Of a stretch of DNA of 64,000 nucleotides, positions 50,869 to 60,941 are shown in pieces (position 1 is the first letter of the stretch; each line of letters starts with the position of its first letter). Location of the stretch: contig JBDRNZ010000001.1 in the NCBI GenBank assembly GCA_043810515.1, positions 1,064 to 65,063 on the forward strand. The letters are read 5' to 3'. Made by a program: the position numbers and the translations under genes. The notes below the pieces were generated by a model. That model saw nothing but the letters and a program-made list of their open reading frames with translations, was not told the origin of the DNA and did no database searches. This stretch comes from Candidatus Peregrinibacteria bacterium. Lineage in GTDB: Bacteria; Patescibacteriota; Gracilibacteria; UBA1369; LOWO2-01-FULL-3.

Positions 50869-52692
50869 CTATTCCACCATCACCGCGTCCCTGATCTCAA
50901 ATTTTATATTATCAGTAATACTTGGAATAGTTGGCGACCAAACCGGCCAGGCCTCTATTTCGACTTTGTTTATTTCCGGAAGATTTTGGATATAAAGCTT
51001 GGCGTCCTCGATGTTTTTACCGGCGATATGTTCCTTGATTTTGTTCAGCAGCTGCTGGCCGTTCTCTTTTTTGGGATCAATGGAGAACTGCTCGATTCCT
51101 TTTATGTTTGCGGTAATTTTGATTTTTCCGGTGCGTTCGTCCCATTCAAAAATTCTATAGGAAGTGGAATCCTCGTTTATTTTTAAAAGATCTTTCTGTG
51201 GGCTTTTTTTCAACAAAAGTTCGCTTTTCAAAATTTCCAGCATCGCATCGTGATCGTAATAAACCCCGCTTACATCTATATCTCCTGTGATGGTGAACTC
51301 GGAGACGTCTTTTTCGAGAAGATCCGAAGGAACGTCAATGTGAGCTTCTCCTATTTTTATAGCGCCTTCGCCTTCAAGCAGGGTATAAAGCTCCGGACTT
51401 CCAACAAGTTCGCTTTTCGACACAACTGCGTCCTTAAGTTCGTCTACTGCGCTTTTATAAAGTTCGTCATTCAGCCGCGACTTCGCGGCTTCAATATCCT
51501 GTTCTGAAATAAAGGTGGTGTAATCGGTCACGCCGCCTGTCATCGGCTCATAGCTTTCAGCGTAAAGTTTTGACTGGCTGTCGCCTTTAAGCCCGGGAAG
51601 AGTAAATCTCTCAGGCCCGACATTGCCTCTTTCACCCACGATAGCGCCGTAAGCATCCACCTGATCCGCTATTACAAAAGCCTCAAGTTTGCCAGGCCCG
51701 TCATTTGTGGCTGCCGGAACGGTAACGGAACTATTGATTCTGAAAACAATACCGTCATCTGTTTGAAATCTCGTCTGGGCCATAAGAGGCCACGCGTTGC
51801 CCACGGTGTTGATGATTGTAAGTTTTCCGCTGGAGTTTGCGCCATTTTCTGAAAACTTTTTACCGGTCGCAAAATGGGTGATTGTTTTTGTGACATCCGT
51901 TTCAATCGGATAACTGGCGATCATGTGCGGCGGCCTGCTTTCGAGCTCGGACCGGTTTTTTTGATAATCGGCCAGCGTGATATTTACGGACTTTTCGAGA
52001 ACACTTGCGGAGGGCGTAAGATAAACGGTGACGCCGGGTAGTGCAATATATATGATGATAAGCAAAATAAAAACACTCGCGACAACAAGCCCGATCAGGG
52101 CATGGCGGTTCGGCGCGACAAGAACAAATTTTGTTTTTTCTTTCTTTTTCTGTGGAGTCGCTGAGGAACTGATTTTGGAAATATCCACGGTTTTTTTTGA
52201 ATTTTTCTTACCGAGAATCTCACCTATTGAAAGTTTACGTTCGGTAAGGCGTGTCGGAGCCTGCTCCTCAACAGAATTCACAGTCGCTTTTAGAGGAGTT
52301 ATGCGAAGCTGCTCGTCCTCCGTTTCAGTTGAAAAAAGTGCCGGCCCTTCGCCGGTTGATTTGTTATAAACCTCCATCCCGACCTGCTGGGCGAGATGAA
52401 TTCCATTTTTGTCATTTGTAATGAGGTAAACGGTTTTGTTGTCGTCTTCGGCTTTCCTTTTGAGAATTTTAAGGTTTACGATGCTCTGAAAAACAATAGC
52501 CCTTTTCGGAATAACGATGTAGACGTTTTTTGCCCTGACCGCACGCACTTTGTCATAAACTTCCGTGACTTCCTCGTCTATTTCGGCATAGACAACTTTT
52601 TTTGTTGGAATGACCTCGGTTTTTGTTGAAACTTCCTCGCTTTCCGCGCTTTTTTCAGGTTTTTTATCTTCTTTTTTCTTTTTTGGAGGCAT
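50869..52692 (-). CDS. Bitopic membrane protein, hypothetical, co-oriented directly downstream of ftsA
   Basis: 607 aa. Lys-rich N-terminus, one TM (LIGLVVASVFILLIIIYIALPGV), large extracytoplasmic domain. No FtsZ GGGTG(S/T)G motif. Confidence 0.65.
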   Translation of the reverse strand: MPPKKKKEDKKPEKSAESEEVSTKTEVIPTKKVVYAEIDEEVTEVYDKVRAVRAKNVYIVIPKRAIVFQSIVNLKILKRKAEDDNKTVYLITNDKNGIHLAQQVGMEVYNKSTGEGPALFSTETEDEQLRITPLKATVNSVEEQAPTRLTERKLSIGEILGKKNSKKTVDISKISSSATPQKKKEKTKFVLVAPNRHALIGLVVASVFILLIIIYIALPGVTVYLTPSASVLEKSVNITLADYQKNRSELESRPPHMIASYPIETDVTKTITHFATGKKFSENGANSSGKLTIINTVGNAWPLMAQTRFQTDDGIVFRINSSVTVPAATNDGPGKLEAFVIADQVDAYGAIVGERGNVGPERFTLPGLKGDSQSKLYAESYEPMTGGVTDYTTFISEQDIEAAKSRLNDELYKSAVDELKDAVVSKSELVGSPELYTLLEGEGAIKIGEAHIDVPSDLLEKDVSEFTITGDIDVSGVYYDHDAMLEILKSELLLKKSPQKDLLKINEDSTSYRIFEWDERTGKIKITANIKGIEQFSIDPKKENGQQLLNKIKEHIAGKNIEDAKLYIQNLPEINKVEIEAWPVWSPTIPSITDNIKFEIRDAVMVE

Positions 52693-52701
52693 TTATTGCA
52701 A

Positions 52702-53955
52702 TTACATTTGCATTAGACGAACCACCTTTTTAAGGACTTTTGGCAAAAGCTGTTCCTCATTGATAAATGTCAGGGCAAGATTTGCAAGCGCCATTGGTAC
52801 TATATTCTGCTGGTCTTTAATAAGCTTTGTTTCGTCATGTAAATTTGTAACCATTTTTGGATTGAGAAAATTAATCTGGGGTTTTTTTGTGAATGGTAAC
52901 GACTTAACCCATTCACGGCTTTCCAGAGCCTCCTTTATTTCCGGAAGATGACTTCCGCCGCCAGAAAGAAGAATTTTTGAAGGAAGAACATCTATGTCAT
53001 CAAATTCCTCCAGCGTTAAAACAACGCCGCTAAGCCATACATCACTGTCGGTTTTCATTGTTTCCCGGACAATTTTATTGGATTGTCTTTCAAGATTATC
53101 ATTGCTGTATGCAAGTTTTATTTCCTCAGCTTCCTGAAAAGAAATATTTAAAGTCTGAGCGATGCGTTTTGTAAAAGTGCGTCCTCCAAGCGTGAACATT
53201 TTTGTGCCTTCGACAGCGCCGTTTCTTACAACCGCGATATCGGTAGTGCCGCCGCCGATATCAATAAAAATTGCGCCGAACTGGCCGCTGTCCTCATGTC
53301 CCAGGCAGCGCGTCAAAGCGTAAGGCTCCGCCGTAATCGACAAAAGTTCCTTATCTATTTCGGCCGCTATGGTCTGCAGAGAGCCGTAATGCACAAGCGG
53401 CGCAAAAGCGTTGAATATACTCAAAGTCACTTCTTTTCCCTGAAAACCGATTGGGTTTGTGACTTTATAACCATCAATTCTCACGTCGACAATTGCGGCA
53501 TTCACAAGTTTTACGTCAATCTCATTATATCCGGTTTCATAAGCCAGTTGCGTCCTCACGCTGTCAAAAGCCCGCCACTGCACTTTATGGACAATATTTT
53601 TGAGTTCCGCCAGATCAATTTTGCTGTTTGCGTCCCTGCGGACATAACTTGTCGTGTTTGTCGCGCCTTTCACAAGTTCCCCGGAAATTCCAAGTATCAT
53701 TTTTGAAGTGGAAACGCCGGCCATGTTTTCAGCCTCCTTTATCGCGCTATGGCAATTCGCAATAACAGACGCGATATCAGTAACAACGCCGCTCTGCATA
53801 TCGCCAAGCTTTTGTTGCTTTCGTCCGACACCCAAAATACGGCCTTTTTGCCCGGCGGCTTCGCACACCAGTGCCTTCACACAGTCCGTGCCAATATCGA
53901 GAGCAAGAAAATAAGCGTCGCTGGATCTTTTTTTAATTCTGCGAAAAAGTCTCAT
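52702..53955 (-). CDS. ftsA: Actin-like ATPase, FtsA (or PilM)-type cell-division protein
   Basis: Start chosen at MRLFRRIKK. Phosphate-binding motifs FLALDIGTDCVKALV, IFIDIGGGTTDIAV and LSGGGSHLPEIKE. Lies next to ddl. Confidence 0.75.
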   Translation of the reverse strand: MRLFRRIKKRSSDAYFLALDIGTDCVKALVCEAAGQKGRILGVGRKQQKLGDMQSGVVTDIASVIANCHSAIKEAENMAGVSTSKMILGISGELVKGATNTTSYVRRDANSKIDLAELKNIVHKVQWRAFDSVRTQLAYETGYNEIDVKLVNAAIVDVRIDGYKVTNPIGFQGKEVTLSIFNAFAPLVHYGSLQTIAAEIDKELLSITAEPYALTRCLGHEDSGQFGAIFIDIGGGTTDIAVVRNGAVEGTKMFTLGGRTFTKRIAQTLNISFQEAEEIKLAYSNDNLERQSNKIVRETMKTDSDVWLSGVVLTLEEFDDIDVLPSKILLSGGGSHLPEIKEALESREWVKSLPFTKKPQINFLNPKMVTNLHDETKLIKDQQNIVPMALANLALTFINEEQLLPKVLKKVVRLMQM

Positions 53956-54015
53956 GAAAATTTTTACAGCAATGGGAAATATAAGGAAAATACGCCCAAA
54001 AAGCAAGCAGCCTGA

Positions 54016-55119
54016 TTATTTATACCAGTTGCTTCCGCTGTCAAAAGCAGTCTTGTTCCTGCTTCGGTCTTTATATCTCTCGAATCCGAGTTCGATAAGC
54101 CTGTCCACGAGTTCATTATAAGAGATTCCATTATGCGCTATCATCTTCGGATACATGCTTATGGAAGTAAAACCCGGCATTGTGTTGAGTTCGTTTAGAT
54201 AAATCTCTCCGCTGTCGCGGTCGAGAAAACTGTCCACGCGCGCAAGCCCGCTGCAGTCCAGCAGCTTGTAGGCCTTTATACTTATTTCCCGGATTTTTTC
54301 GGAACTTTCCTTCGCAATATCTGCAGGAACCTGTGTCGTGGACACGCCGTTAACATATTTATCAAAAAAATCATAAAATTCCCCGCCAACGATAATTTCA
54401 CCAACCTCAGCCGCAATCGGGTCATCATTCCCAAGCACGGCGCACTCGATCTCTCTCGCATTCACAGCTTTCTCAACCAGTATCCGCCTGTCAAAACCCG
54501 CGGCAAGTTCAATAGCTTTTGCGAGATCGTTTTTATCTTTGACTTTCGAAATTCCCACGGACGAACCCATATTTGCGGGCTTCACAAAGCAGGGGATTCC
54601 TATATTTTTCTCAATATGGGACATAATTGCATCTTTCTCGGTAGCCCACGAGCCGCGGTTAAAACCCACATAAGGAACAACCGGCAGACCAGCGGATCCC
54701 CACACAGCTTTGCACTGCAGCTTGTCCATAGCCGTGGACGAAGCCAAAACCCCGCATCCGACATAAGCGATATTCATCATTTCAAACATTCCCTGAATCG
54801 TCCCGTCCTCGCCGAAAGGCCCATGTAGAACCGGGAAAAATATGTCGATTTTTGCGAATTTTCCCTCGTCGTCAATAAAGCCTTTCTTTTCCGGATCGGT
54901 CGAAGCGAAAACCTGTTTCAGGCCCTCGTAATTTTGCTTTTTGAATTTTTCCAGGCAATTTTCCCCGATCAGCCATTTGCCGTCCCGGGTGATGCCGATT
55001 TCGAGAATGTCATATTTTTCTTTGTCCAGCGCTTTGATAACGCTCGCCGCGGATACAAGCGAAACTTCATGCTCACCGCTGCGCCCGCCAAAAATAACTC
55101 CGACATTGATTTTTTCCAT
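54016..55119 (-). CDS. ddl: D-alanine--D-alanine ligase
   Basis: 367 aa. [18 protein letters not shown] start. ATP-grasp motifs ([27 protein letters not shown]). Confidence 0.95.
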   Translation of the reverse strand: MEKINVGVIFGGRSGEHEVSLVSAASVIKALDKEKYDILEIGITRDGKWLIGENCLEKFKKQNYEGLKQVFASTDPEKKGFIDDEGKFAKIDIFFPVLHGPFGEDGTIQGMFEMMNIAYVGCGVLASSTAMDKLQCKAVWGSAGLPVVPYVGFNRGSWATEKDAIMSHIEKNIGIPCFVKPANMGSSVGISKVKDKNDLAKAIELAAGFDRRILVEKAVNAREIECAVLGNDDPIAAEVGEIIVGGEFYDFFDKYVNGVSTTQVPADIAKESSEKIREISIKAYKLLDCSGLARVDSFLDRDSGEIYLNELNTMPGFTSISMYPKMIAHNGISYNELVDRLIELGFERYKDRSRNKTAFDSGSNWYK

Positions 55120-55367
55120 GACTGGAAATTACCAAAAATTACGGATTTTCTCAATACTTATGTGTTATATAAACTTCTCGGCATATATGCTTCAGCCCTT
55201 CACGCACTTATATGAACTTCTCCGCGCTCGCCGTGGTTTCCGGAATTTTTTGTCGCACTTTCGTACTCCTTACGCCAGCACATCCCGCCACGCTTTCGGA
55301 TTTTTTTAGGAAAATTTTAAGTTTTTTTAACAAAAATTTAATCTTTGTTTGATAATCTTCATCTGCA

Positions 55368-56549
55368 ATGCTGAAATACAAAATTCAAAATTCCACAGAT
55401 TCAAGGCCTGCCGACCCGAAAAAGCCTGTCGACCCGAAAGCACTTTCGGATGCGGAACTTTATGACCTCTGCCAGGAGTACGGCCTTAACGCGAAAGTCT
55501 GGCTGAGGCGCTTCGCGGGGCTTCTGCCTGAGGTAAACCGGCGCATGCTTTATCGTAAAAAAGGATTTATTTCGATTTTTGAATTTGCGAAAAAACTTTG
55601 TGGGATGAACGAATTTACGGTTGAAAGAATTCTCAATCTTTCGAACCGACTGTCGGACAAGCCGGCTCTCCGCGCCCAGTTTGAATCCGGTCTCCAGGGC
55701 TGGAGCAAAATAGAAGCCGTCTCATTCATCGCAACCCCAAAAACCGAAAAAGACTGGGCGGAAAAAGTGGAAAAAATGCCAAGACGTGTTCTCGAAACTT
55801 ATGTAAGTCGTTACAGAAAAGAAATTCTCTCAAAATCAACTTCCGGATCTCAATTGCAGAGCTTAAACACGGTATTAGGCAGCCAACTCCCAATCGCCGG
55901 CGATGAATCGCAGATCATCGCCGCGATAAGTCAAGGGTTTAGATTTCAAGACCTTAAATTTCTGTCATTTCAGGTAAGCCGAGAAATCGAACATAAATTA
56001 AGACTGTTCAAGCAAAAACTTGAAAAACAAAAAAAGGGGCCTCTCAGCTGGAACGAGGTTTTTGAGGCTCTGCTCGAATACACTCCACTTTCACCAGTCG
56101 TTCCTCCTGCCGCCAAATCCACCGCGCCGCCTGCCATCATTCCTTCCACCACAAAATCCACCGCGCCTACATCCGCAAAGTCAGCCATTCCCACCTCCAC
56201 CGCGTCGCCCGCCGCCCCTCTAATTCCACCAAAACCCTCCGCATCCGGCAGGGCAATTCCCGCGGCTATCAAAAATTTTCTTCAGAAAAAATACGGCACT
56301 TCATGTGCCTACCCAAATTGTAACAAGCCTCTCGAGGTCTATCACCATACAAAAAGATTCGCGATCACCCGCAGTCACGACCCGAAATTTATAGTCCCGC
56401 TCTGCGGCTTGCATCACAGTCTTGCGCACACTGGCCTGATCGAAAACGAGCAGGACCCGCCGGAAAACTGGCGCATCAAAGAGAAAGTCGACAAAACATC
56501 GCTCACCGAACTTATCGACAAAAGAATGCGCGATTTTAAGCCCGATTAA
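55368..56549 (+). CDS. HNH endonuclease-domain protein (DUF222-like N-terminus, Pro/Ala/Thr-rich linker)
   Basis: 393 aa. C-terminal HNH region CAYPNCNKPLEVYHHTKRF...VPLCGLHHSLAH. Contains copy 2 of the GC-palindrome motif at 55882-55909. Confidence 0.75.
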   Translation: MLKYKIQNSTDSRPADPKKPVDPKALSDAELYDLCQEYGLNAKVWLRRFAGLLPEVNRRMLYRKKGFISIFEFAKKLCGMNEFTVERILNLSNRLSDKPALRAQFESGLQGWSKIEAVSFIATPKTEKDWAEKVEKMPRRVLETYVSRYRKEILSKSTSGSQLQSLNTVLGSQLPIAGDESQIIAAISQGFRFQDLKFLSFQVSREIEHKLRLFKQKLEKQKKGPLSWNEVFEALLEYTPLSPVVPPAAKSTAPPAIIPSTTKSTAPTSAKSAIPTSTASPAAPLIPPKPSASGRAIPAAIKNFLQKKYGTSCAYPNCNKPLEVYHHTKRFAITRSHDPKFIVPLCGLHHSLAHTGLIENEQDPPENWRIKEKVDKTSLTELIDKRMRDFKPD

Positions 56550-56576
56550 GTTTCAGGCCTGACCAAAAATCCAGCT

Positions 56577-57722
56577 TTATATATACATTCTCGGAATCCG
56601 CTCATTTACGCGTGTCGGGATCTCGTAGTTGATCGTGTCGGCCCACTGCGCGAAAAGCTCGGCGCTGATATTTTCATCGCCATCGCGGCCAATGAGCACG
56701 ACCTCGTCTTCGAGAGAGGCATTTGGTATATCCGTAACGTCGGCCATTATTATATTCATGCAGACCCTGCCGCAAAGCGGAGCCCTCTTGCCTTGAATGA
56801 GCACATGTGCGCGCCCGCTTACCCCGCGGTCATATCCGTCATAATAACCTACAGGAATAATCGCAACCCGCGTCTGGCGCGTTGTTTTGTAGGTGCAGCC
56901 GTAACCAATGCACTCACCGGCGGGGACGGTTTTGACCTGCGCTACTTTTGCTTTCCAGGTAAAAGCGGGGGAGAACTGAGCGCTGCCGCCGACCTCTTTT
57001 GTATATGATAAATGGGTTTCTTTCGACGGCCACATGCCATAGCAGGAAATTCCCGGACGGACCATATCAAAGTGCGTTTCCGGAAAAATAAGGGTCGCCG
57101 CCGAATTCCCGCAGTGTTTTATAGGAACTTTTATTCCGGATTTTTCAAGAATGGAAACGGCTTTGTTAAACCTGGCAAGCTGAATCTCCGCGTAGCCGTG
57201 ATCGGTTGTATCCTCGATATTTGCGAAATGAGTGGAAAGTCCCTCGAGTTCTATCCGATCAAAACTTCTTATATACTCTGCCATCTCAACCAGATCATCA
57301 ATTGCGACACCCTGCCTATTGTTTCCGGTCTCAATTTTTAAATGAACTTTAGTTCTTTTTCCGCCTTCACCGGCCGCCTCCGCCAGTCGGGAAATGGTTT
57401 CTTTATTATAAACAACCATCCTTAAATCCAGCGCAATAGCCTCGGCGAGTTCATCAAAAGGCACATATCCGAGAACATAAATCGGCGAAAAAATCCCAGC
57501 CTCCCGAAGCGCCCGCGCCTCATATACGGCATTTACCGCAAGCCAATCCGCGCCTGCGTCCAGAAAAGTTTTCGCGCACTCAATAAGTCCGTGCCCGTAG
57601 GCATTTGCCTTCACGCACGGACACAGAATCCGGTCCGCACCTATAACTTCACGAAACTGGCGTATATTTTTACGCAGGGCCTCTCTGGAAATTTCTACCC
57701 AAGTTAATTCTGTTGTGACCAT
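56577..57722 (-). CDS. alr: Alanine racemase
   Basis: 381 aa. PLP-lysine motif CPCVKANAYGHG. The C-terminal Tyr region is Alr-like. Confidence 0.95.
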   Translation of the reverse strand: MVTTELTWVEISREALRKNIRQFREVIGADRILCPCVKANAYGHGLIECAKTFLDAGADWLAVNAVYEARALREAGIFSPIYVLGYVPFDELAEAIALDLRMVVYNKETISRLAEAAGEGGKRTKVHLKIETGNNRQGVAIDDLVEMAEYIRSFDRIELEGLSTHFANIEDTTDHGYAEIQLARFNKAVSILEKSGIKVPIKHCGNSAATLIFPETHFDMVRPGISCYGMWPSKETHLSYTKEVGGSAQFSPAFTWKAKVAQVKTVPAGECIGYGCTYKTTRQTRVAIIPVGYYDGYDRGVSGRAHVLIQGKRAPLCGRVCMNIIMADVTDIPNASLEDEVVLIGRDGDENISAELFAQWADTINYEIPTRVNERIPRMYI

Positions 57723-57790
57723 AACTCAGAGCTTATCATGAACCAGAGCTTAGATAAATCTGTTTAAAAATCAACCCCATTACGACGCGA

Positions 57791-57819
57791 TTGACGAAAG
57801 GCCCACTCCCTTATATAAT
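57791..57819 (+). promoter_or_regulatory. Consensus sigma70 promoter TTGACG-17-TATAAT
   Basis: Hexamers read directly, 32 nt upstream of the ATG at 57852. Confidence 0.6.
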
Positions 57820-57851
57820 CTAATTCCGCTTCCACAAATAACCCTAAAAAT

Positions 57852-58583
57852 ATGTTTGAAAATAACCCGCACAGCCCTCATAACAGCCCTCATAATCCCA
57901 ACGAATCACACGCGACCGCGGCCGCCATCCCGCGCACCGGCATAGAGGCCACTTTTTTCGGCAAAGTAATGGCGTTTTTCGCGCTCGCGGTATTTACGTC
58001 CGCGCTCGGCACTTTCGTCGCATACAATTATTTCATAGATGTTTTTATAAACACGCCGGCACTTATGTACCTGCTTTTCGCAGGAGAACTCGCAATAATT
58101 TTCACATCAAGACTCTGGAGGACACACAGTCCGTTAAATAAACTTATGTTCGCATTATTTGCGTTTATAACCGGAGTAACTCTTGCCCCGATTCTCTGGG
58201 TGCTCGCAAGTTCGCCGGGCGGAACCGCAATAGTGACAAAAGCCTTACTGGCGACCGGTCTCACGTTTACAGCCACGGGAGTCCTGGGCTGGACGACCAA
58301 GCGAAATCTCGCAAGCCTCGGCGGATTTTTGATGATGGCTCTTTTTGGAATGATAACAGTCGGTGTTATAGGAATTTTTATACCGTGGGGCAACGCATTT
58401 GAAATGATATTTTCGGGAGTCGGCGTTTTACTGTTCAGCGGCTTTATCGTCGTCGATTTTAACAGGCTGAAACATTATCCGCAGGACGCGTACATCGACG
58501 CGGCAATGGCGCTATATCTCGATATATTCAACCTTTTCCTTTATATTTTGAGATTTGTCATGTCCCTTTCCGGGCGGAATTAA
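57852..58583 (+). CDS. Bax-inhibitor-1/YccA-family membrane protein
   Basis: 243 aa, 7 TM helices. C-terminal ...ALYLDIFNLFLYILRF typical of the family. Confidence 0.85.
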   Translation: MFENNPHSPHNSPHNPNESHATAAAIPRTGIEATFFGKVMAFFALAVFTSALGTFVAYNYFIDVFINTPALMYLLFAGELAIIFTSRLWRTHSPLNKLMFALFAFITGVTLAPILWVLASSPGGTAIVTKALLATGLTFTATGVLGWTTKRNLASLGGFLMMALFGMITVGVIGIFIPWGNAFEMIFSGVGVLLFSGFIVVDFNRLKHYPQDAYIDAAMALYLDIFNLFLYILRFVMSLSGRN

Positions 58584-58598
58584 TAAACACACTTTAAA

Positions 58599-59174
58599 AT
58601 GAAAAGTCCCCTTATTTTTGATATATCTCACCTGATTTCGGCGCCAACCGGAGAAAATGAAACATATTCTTTCGAAGGACCGGCCGTTTTTGACGGAATC
58701 GATCTTGCGTCTGACGTATCGGGAAAAATTGAAATTATGAGAATTGAGAATGGTGTGAATGTTGCGGCGCGTGATATTAAGGCAAAAGCGAACCTGCGGT
58801 GTGAAAAATGCCTGGGCTCCTTCACCGAGGAGATTGAGGTTAAATTTGCGGAAAGACAGTTCCTTTTGGAAAAACCCGAAGAAATAACTGATCCGAACGA
58901 TACTTATTTTGTCGACAAAATACATCTGACGATAGATTTGACAGAAATGCTGAGGCAGGAATTAATCTTGCATTTCCCTGTAATTCTAGTATGCTCTACC
59001 CGCTGTAAGGGAATTTGTCCGTATTGCGGAAAGAACCAAAATGCAGACAAATGCGGCTGCAAAGAAGAAAAACCGGCCGCTTACCACCCCCTTGCAGGAC
59101 TTAAAAATTTATTAGACTCAAAAAATGGCAAAACACCCGGTACCAAAAAAGAAAACCCCAAAGTCAAAAGGTAA
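58599..59174 (+). CDS. yceD: YceD/DUF177 family protein
   Basis: 191 aa. CEKCL...[13 protein letters not shown] Cys motifs. Conserved position immediately upstream of rpmF, overlapping it by 50 nt. Confidence 0.75.
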   Translation: MKSPLIFDISHLISAPTGENETYSFEGPAVFDGIDLASDVSGKIEIMRIENGVNVAARDIKAKANLRCEKCLGSFTEEIEVKFAERQFLLEKPEEITDPNDTYFVDKIHLTIDLTEMLRQELILHFPVILVCSTRCKGICPYCGKNQNADKCGCKEEKPAAYHPLAGLKNLLDSKNGKTPGTKKENPKVKR

Positions 59175-59364
59175 AAAACGCTACGGCGCCTTTAAGACAA
59201 GAACGCTGAAAGCTCTTACCGACAGAGTGAAACTGACAACCTGCAAAAATTGCGGGGCGGCGGCTCTGGCTCACACGGCATGTCCGCAGTGCGGCCAGTA
59301 TAAAGGCAGACAGGTCATTGATAAACAGAAAGCATTAGAAAAAATCACGAAAATAAAAGCTTAG
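59125..59364 (+). CDS. rpmF: 50S ribosomal protein L32
   Basis: 79 aa. [19 protein letters not shown]... and a CxxC...CPQCG zinc ribbon. Confidence 0.9.
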   Translation: MAKHPVPKKKTPKSKGKKRYGAFKTRTLKALTDRVKLTTCKNCGAAALAHTACPQCGQYKGRQVIDKQKALEKITKIKA

Positions 59365-59368
59365 CAAC

Positions 59369-59785
59369 ATGGCTAGCAACAGGCATCTTGCCAGAACCTG
59401 CGTAATGCAAACTCTATTTTCAGTGGAGTTTAAAAAAAAGGAGGATCCACTTATTGTTCTTGAAAATATTCTTTCCGAATTCGCGCCGAAGCTGAAAGGA
59501 GGGGATTTTGCATTCGAAACGCTCAAAGGTATTATCAAACATAAAAAAGAAATTCACACACTGATTCGTAAGTTTGCGCCGCAATGGCCGCTGGAAAAAA
59601 TCGCGGGAATTGACAGAGCGGTTTTGGAAATTGGAATTTATGAATTAAGGTATAATAAGGAAGTGCCGCCGGTTGTCGCGATAAACGAAGCCATCGAAAC
59701 CGCGAAGCATTTCGGCGATGAAAACAGCCCAAAATTCGTAAATGGGGTTTTAAGCAGTATAATGAACGCGAATAAAAAAAATTGA
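59369..59785 (+). CDS. nusB: Transcription antitermination factor NusB
   Basis: 138 aa. R..AR..V.Q.LF start and the ...[24 protein letters not shown] motif. Confidence 0.9.
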   Translation: MASNRHLARTCVMQTLFSVEFKKKEDPLIVLENILSEFAPKLKGGDFAFETLKGIIKHKKEIHTLIRKFAPQWPLEKIAGIDRAVLEIGIYELRYNKEVPPVVAINEAIETAKHFGDENSPKFVNGVLSSIMNANKKN

Positions 59786-59792
59786 AATTCTT

Positions 59793-60473
59793 ATGAAAAA
59801 GCTCGAAAAAAAAATTGGGATTTCCTTTAAAGACAAGGATCTCCTAAAAACGGCATTCGTTCACAAATCCTACGTAAACGAACATAGAAAAGAAAGCGTC
59901 ACGGACAATGAAAGGCTCGAATTTTTGGGGGACGCGGTTTTGGAACTTGTTTCGACTAAACATTTATTTGAGAAATGTCCTGACAAATCCGAAGGCGAAA
60001 TGACATCTTTCAGATCCGCCCTTGTGAAAGGCAAAACTCTTGCGGAAATTGCTGAAGAACTTGATCTGGGGGAATATTTATTTCTTAGCCGCGGAGAGGA
60101 GCAGTCGGGTGGAAGAGAAAAAAATTACATACTCGCGAACACGCTTGAAGCGCTTATTGGAACAATTTATCTCGATCAGGGATACGGCGCCGCGGAAAAA
60201 TTCATTGAAAAATTTATTCTGGCCCGTCTTGATGAAATAATAGAAAAAGGCCTTCATATTGATGCGAAATCACGTTTTCAGGAAGCCTGCCAGGAAATCC
60301 TCGAGGTGACGCCGCATTATGAGATTGTAAAAGAGGAGGGGCCTGATCATGAAAAAGAATTTACAATGGGCGCGTATATCGGCGAGGAATTGGTTGCGAC
60401 CGGCATGGGGTCGAGCAAGCAAAAAGCCGAGGACGAAGCGGCAAAAAACGCTTTAAAAACAAAAGGATGGTAG
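59793..60473 (+). CDS. rnc: Ribonuclease III
   Basis: 226 aa. Signature NERLEFLGDAVLE. C-terminal dsRBD (GPDHEKEFTMGAYIGEELVATGMGSSKQKAEDEAAKNAL). Confidence 0.95.
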   Translation: MKKLEKKIGISFKDKDLLKTAFVHKSYVNEHRKESVTDNERLEFLGDAVLELVSTKHLFEKCPDKSEGEMTSFRSALVKGKTLAEIAEELDLGEYLFLSRGEEQSGGREKNYILANTLEALIGTIYLDQGYGAAEKFIEKFILARLDEIIEKGLHIDAKSRFQEACQEILEVTPHYEIVKEEGPDHEKEFTMGAYIGEELVATGMGSSKQKAEDEAAKNALKTKGW

Positions 60474-60901
60474 AAGCAAAATACGACGAAAAATCCTGTG
60501 GAATAGTTGTTTTTCGTGAAAGCGGTGGGGTAAGAATGTATCTGGTATTGAAATATCCCGGCGGACATTTTGATTTTCCAAAAGGCCATGTCGAGGCGGA
60601 CGAAACGGAACACGAAACAGCTCTGCGCGAATTGGCCGAGGAAACCGGAATTACCGATGTGGAATTTGTAGAAGGCTTCAGAAAGCAGATTTCCTATATT
60701 TACAATAAAAAGGGAAAACGTTCGGATAAAGAGGTGATATTTTTTCTTGGAAAAACCCAGGCCCAAAACGTGCGGCTTTCCCACGAGCATCGTGATTTTG
60801 TCTGGCTGGAATATGACATGGCTTTTAATAAAGTTACGTTTGATAACGCGAAAAATCTCCTTCGCGCCGCGGAAAAACTGCTGGGCCCGTCGCATGGGTG
60901 A
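60467..60901 (+). CDS. NUDIX hydrolase
   Basis: 144 aa. Nudix box GHFDFPKGHVEADETEHETALRELAEETG. Confidence 0.88.
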   Translation: MVEAKYDEKSCGIVVFRESGGVRMYLVLKYPGGHFDFPKGHVEADETEHETALRELAEETGITDVEFVEGFRKQISYIYNKKGKRSDKEVIFFLGKTQAQNVRLSHEHRDFVWLEYDMAFNKVTFDNAKNLLRAAEKLLGPSHG

Positions 60902-60941
60902 AATGTCGCATGGGTGACGGCCTGCCATACCGCATATACTC

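Noticed and set aside
50544-50894. ORFs 50706..50894 (+) and 50544..50852 (-), and a possible CRISPR array, at the 13-nt repeat
   Set aside because: The peptides are periodic artefacts of a 13-nt unit, which shifts the frame with each copy. The repeats are contiguous with no spacers and are far too short for CRISPR.
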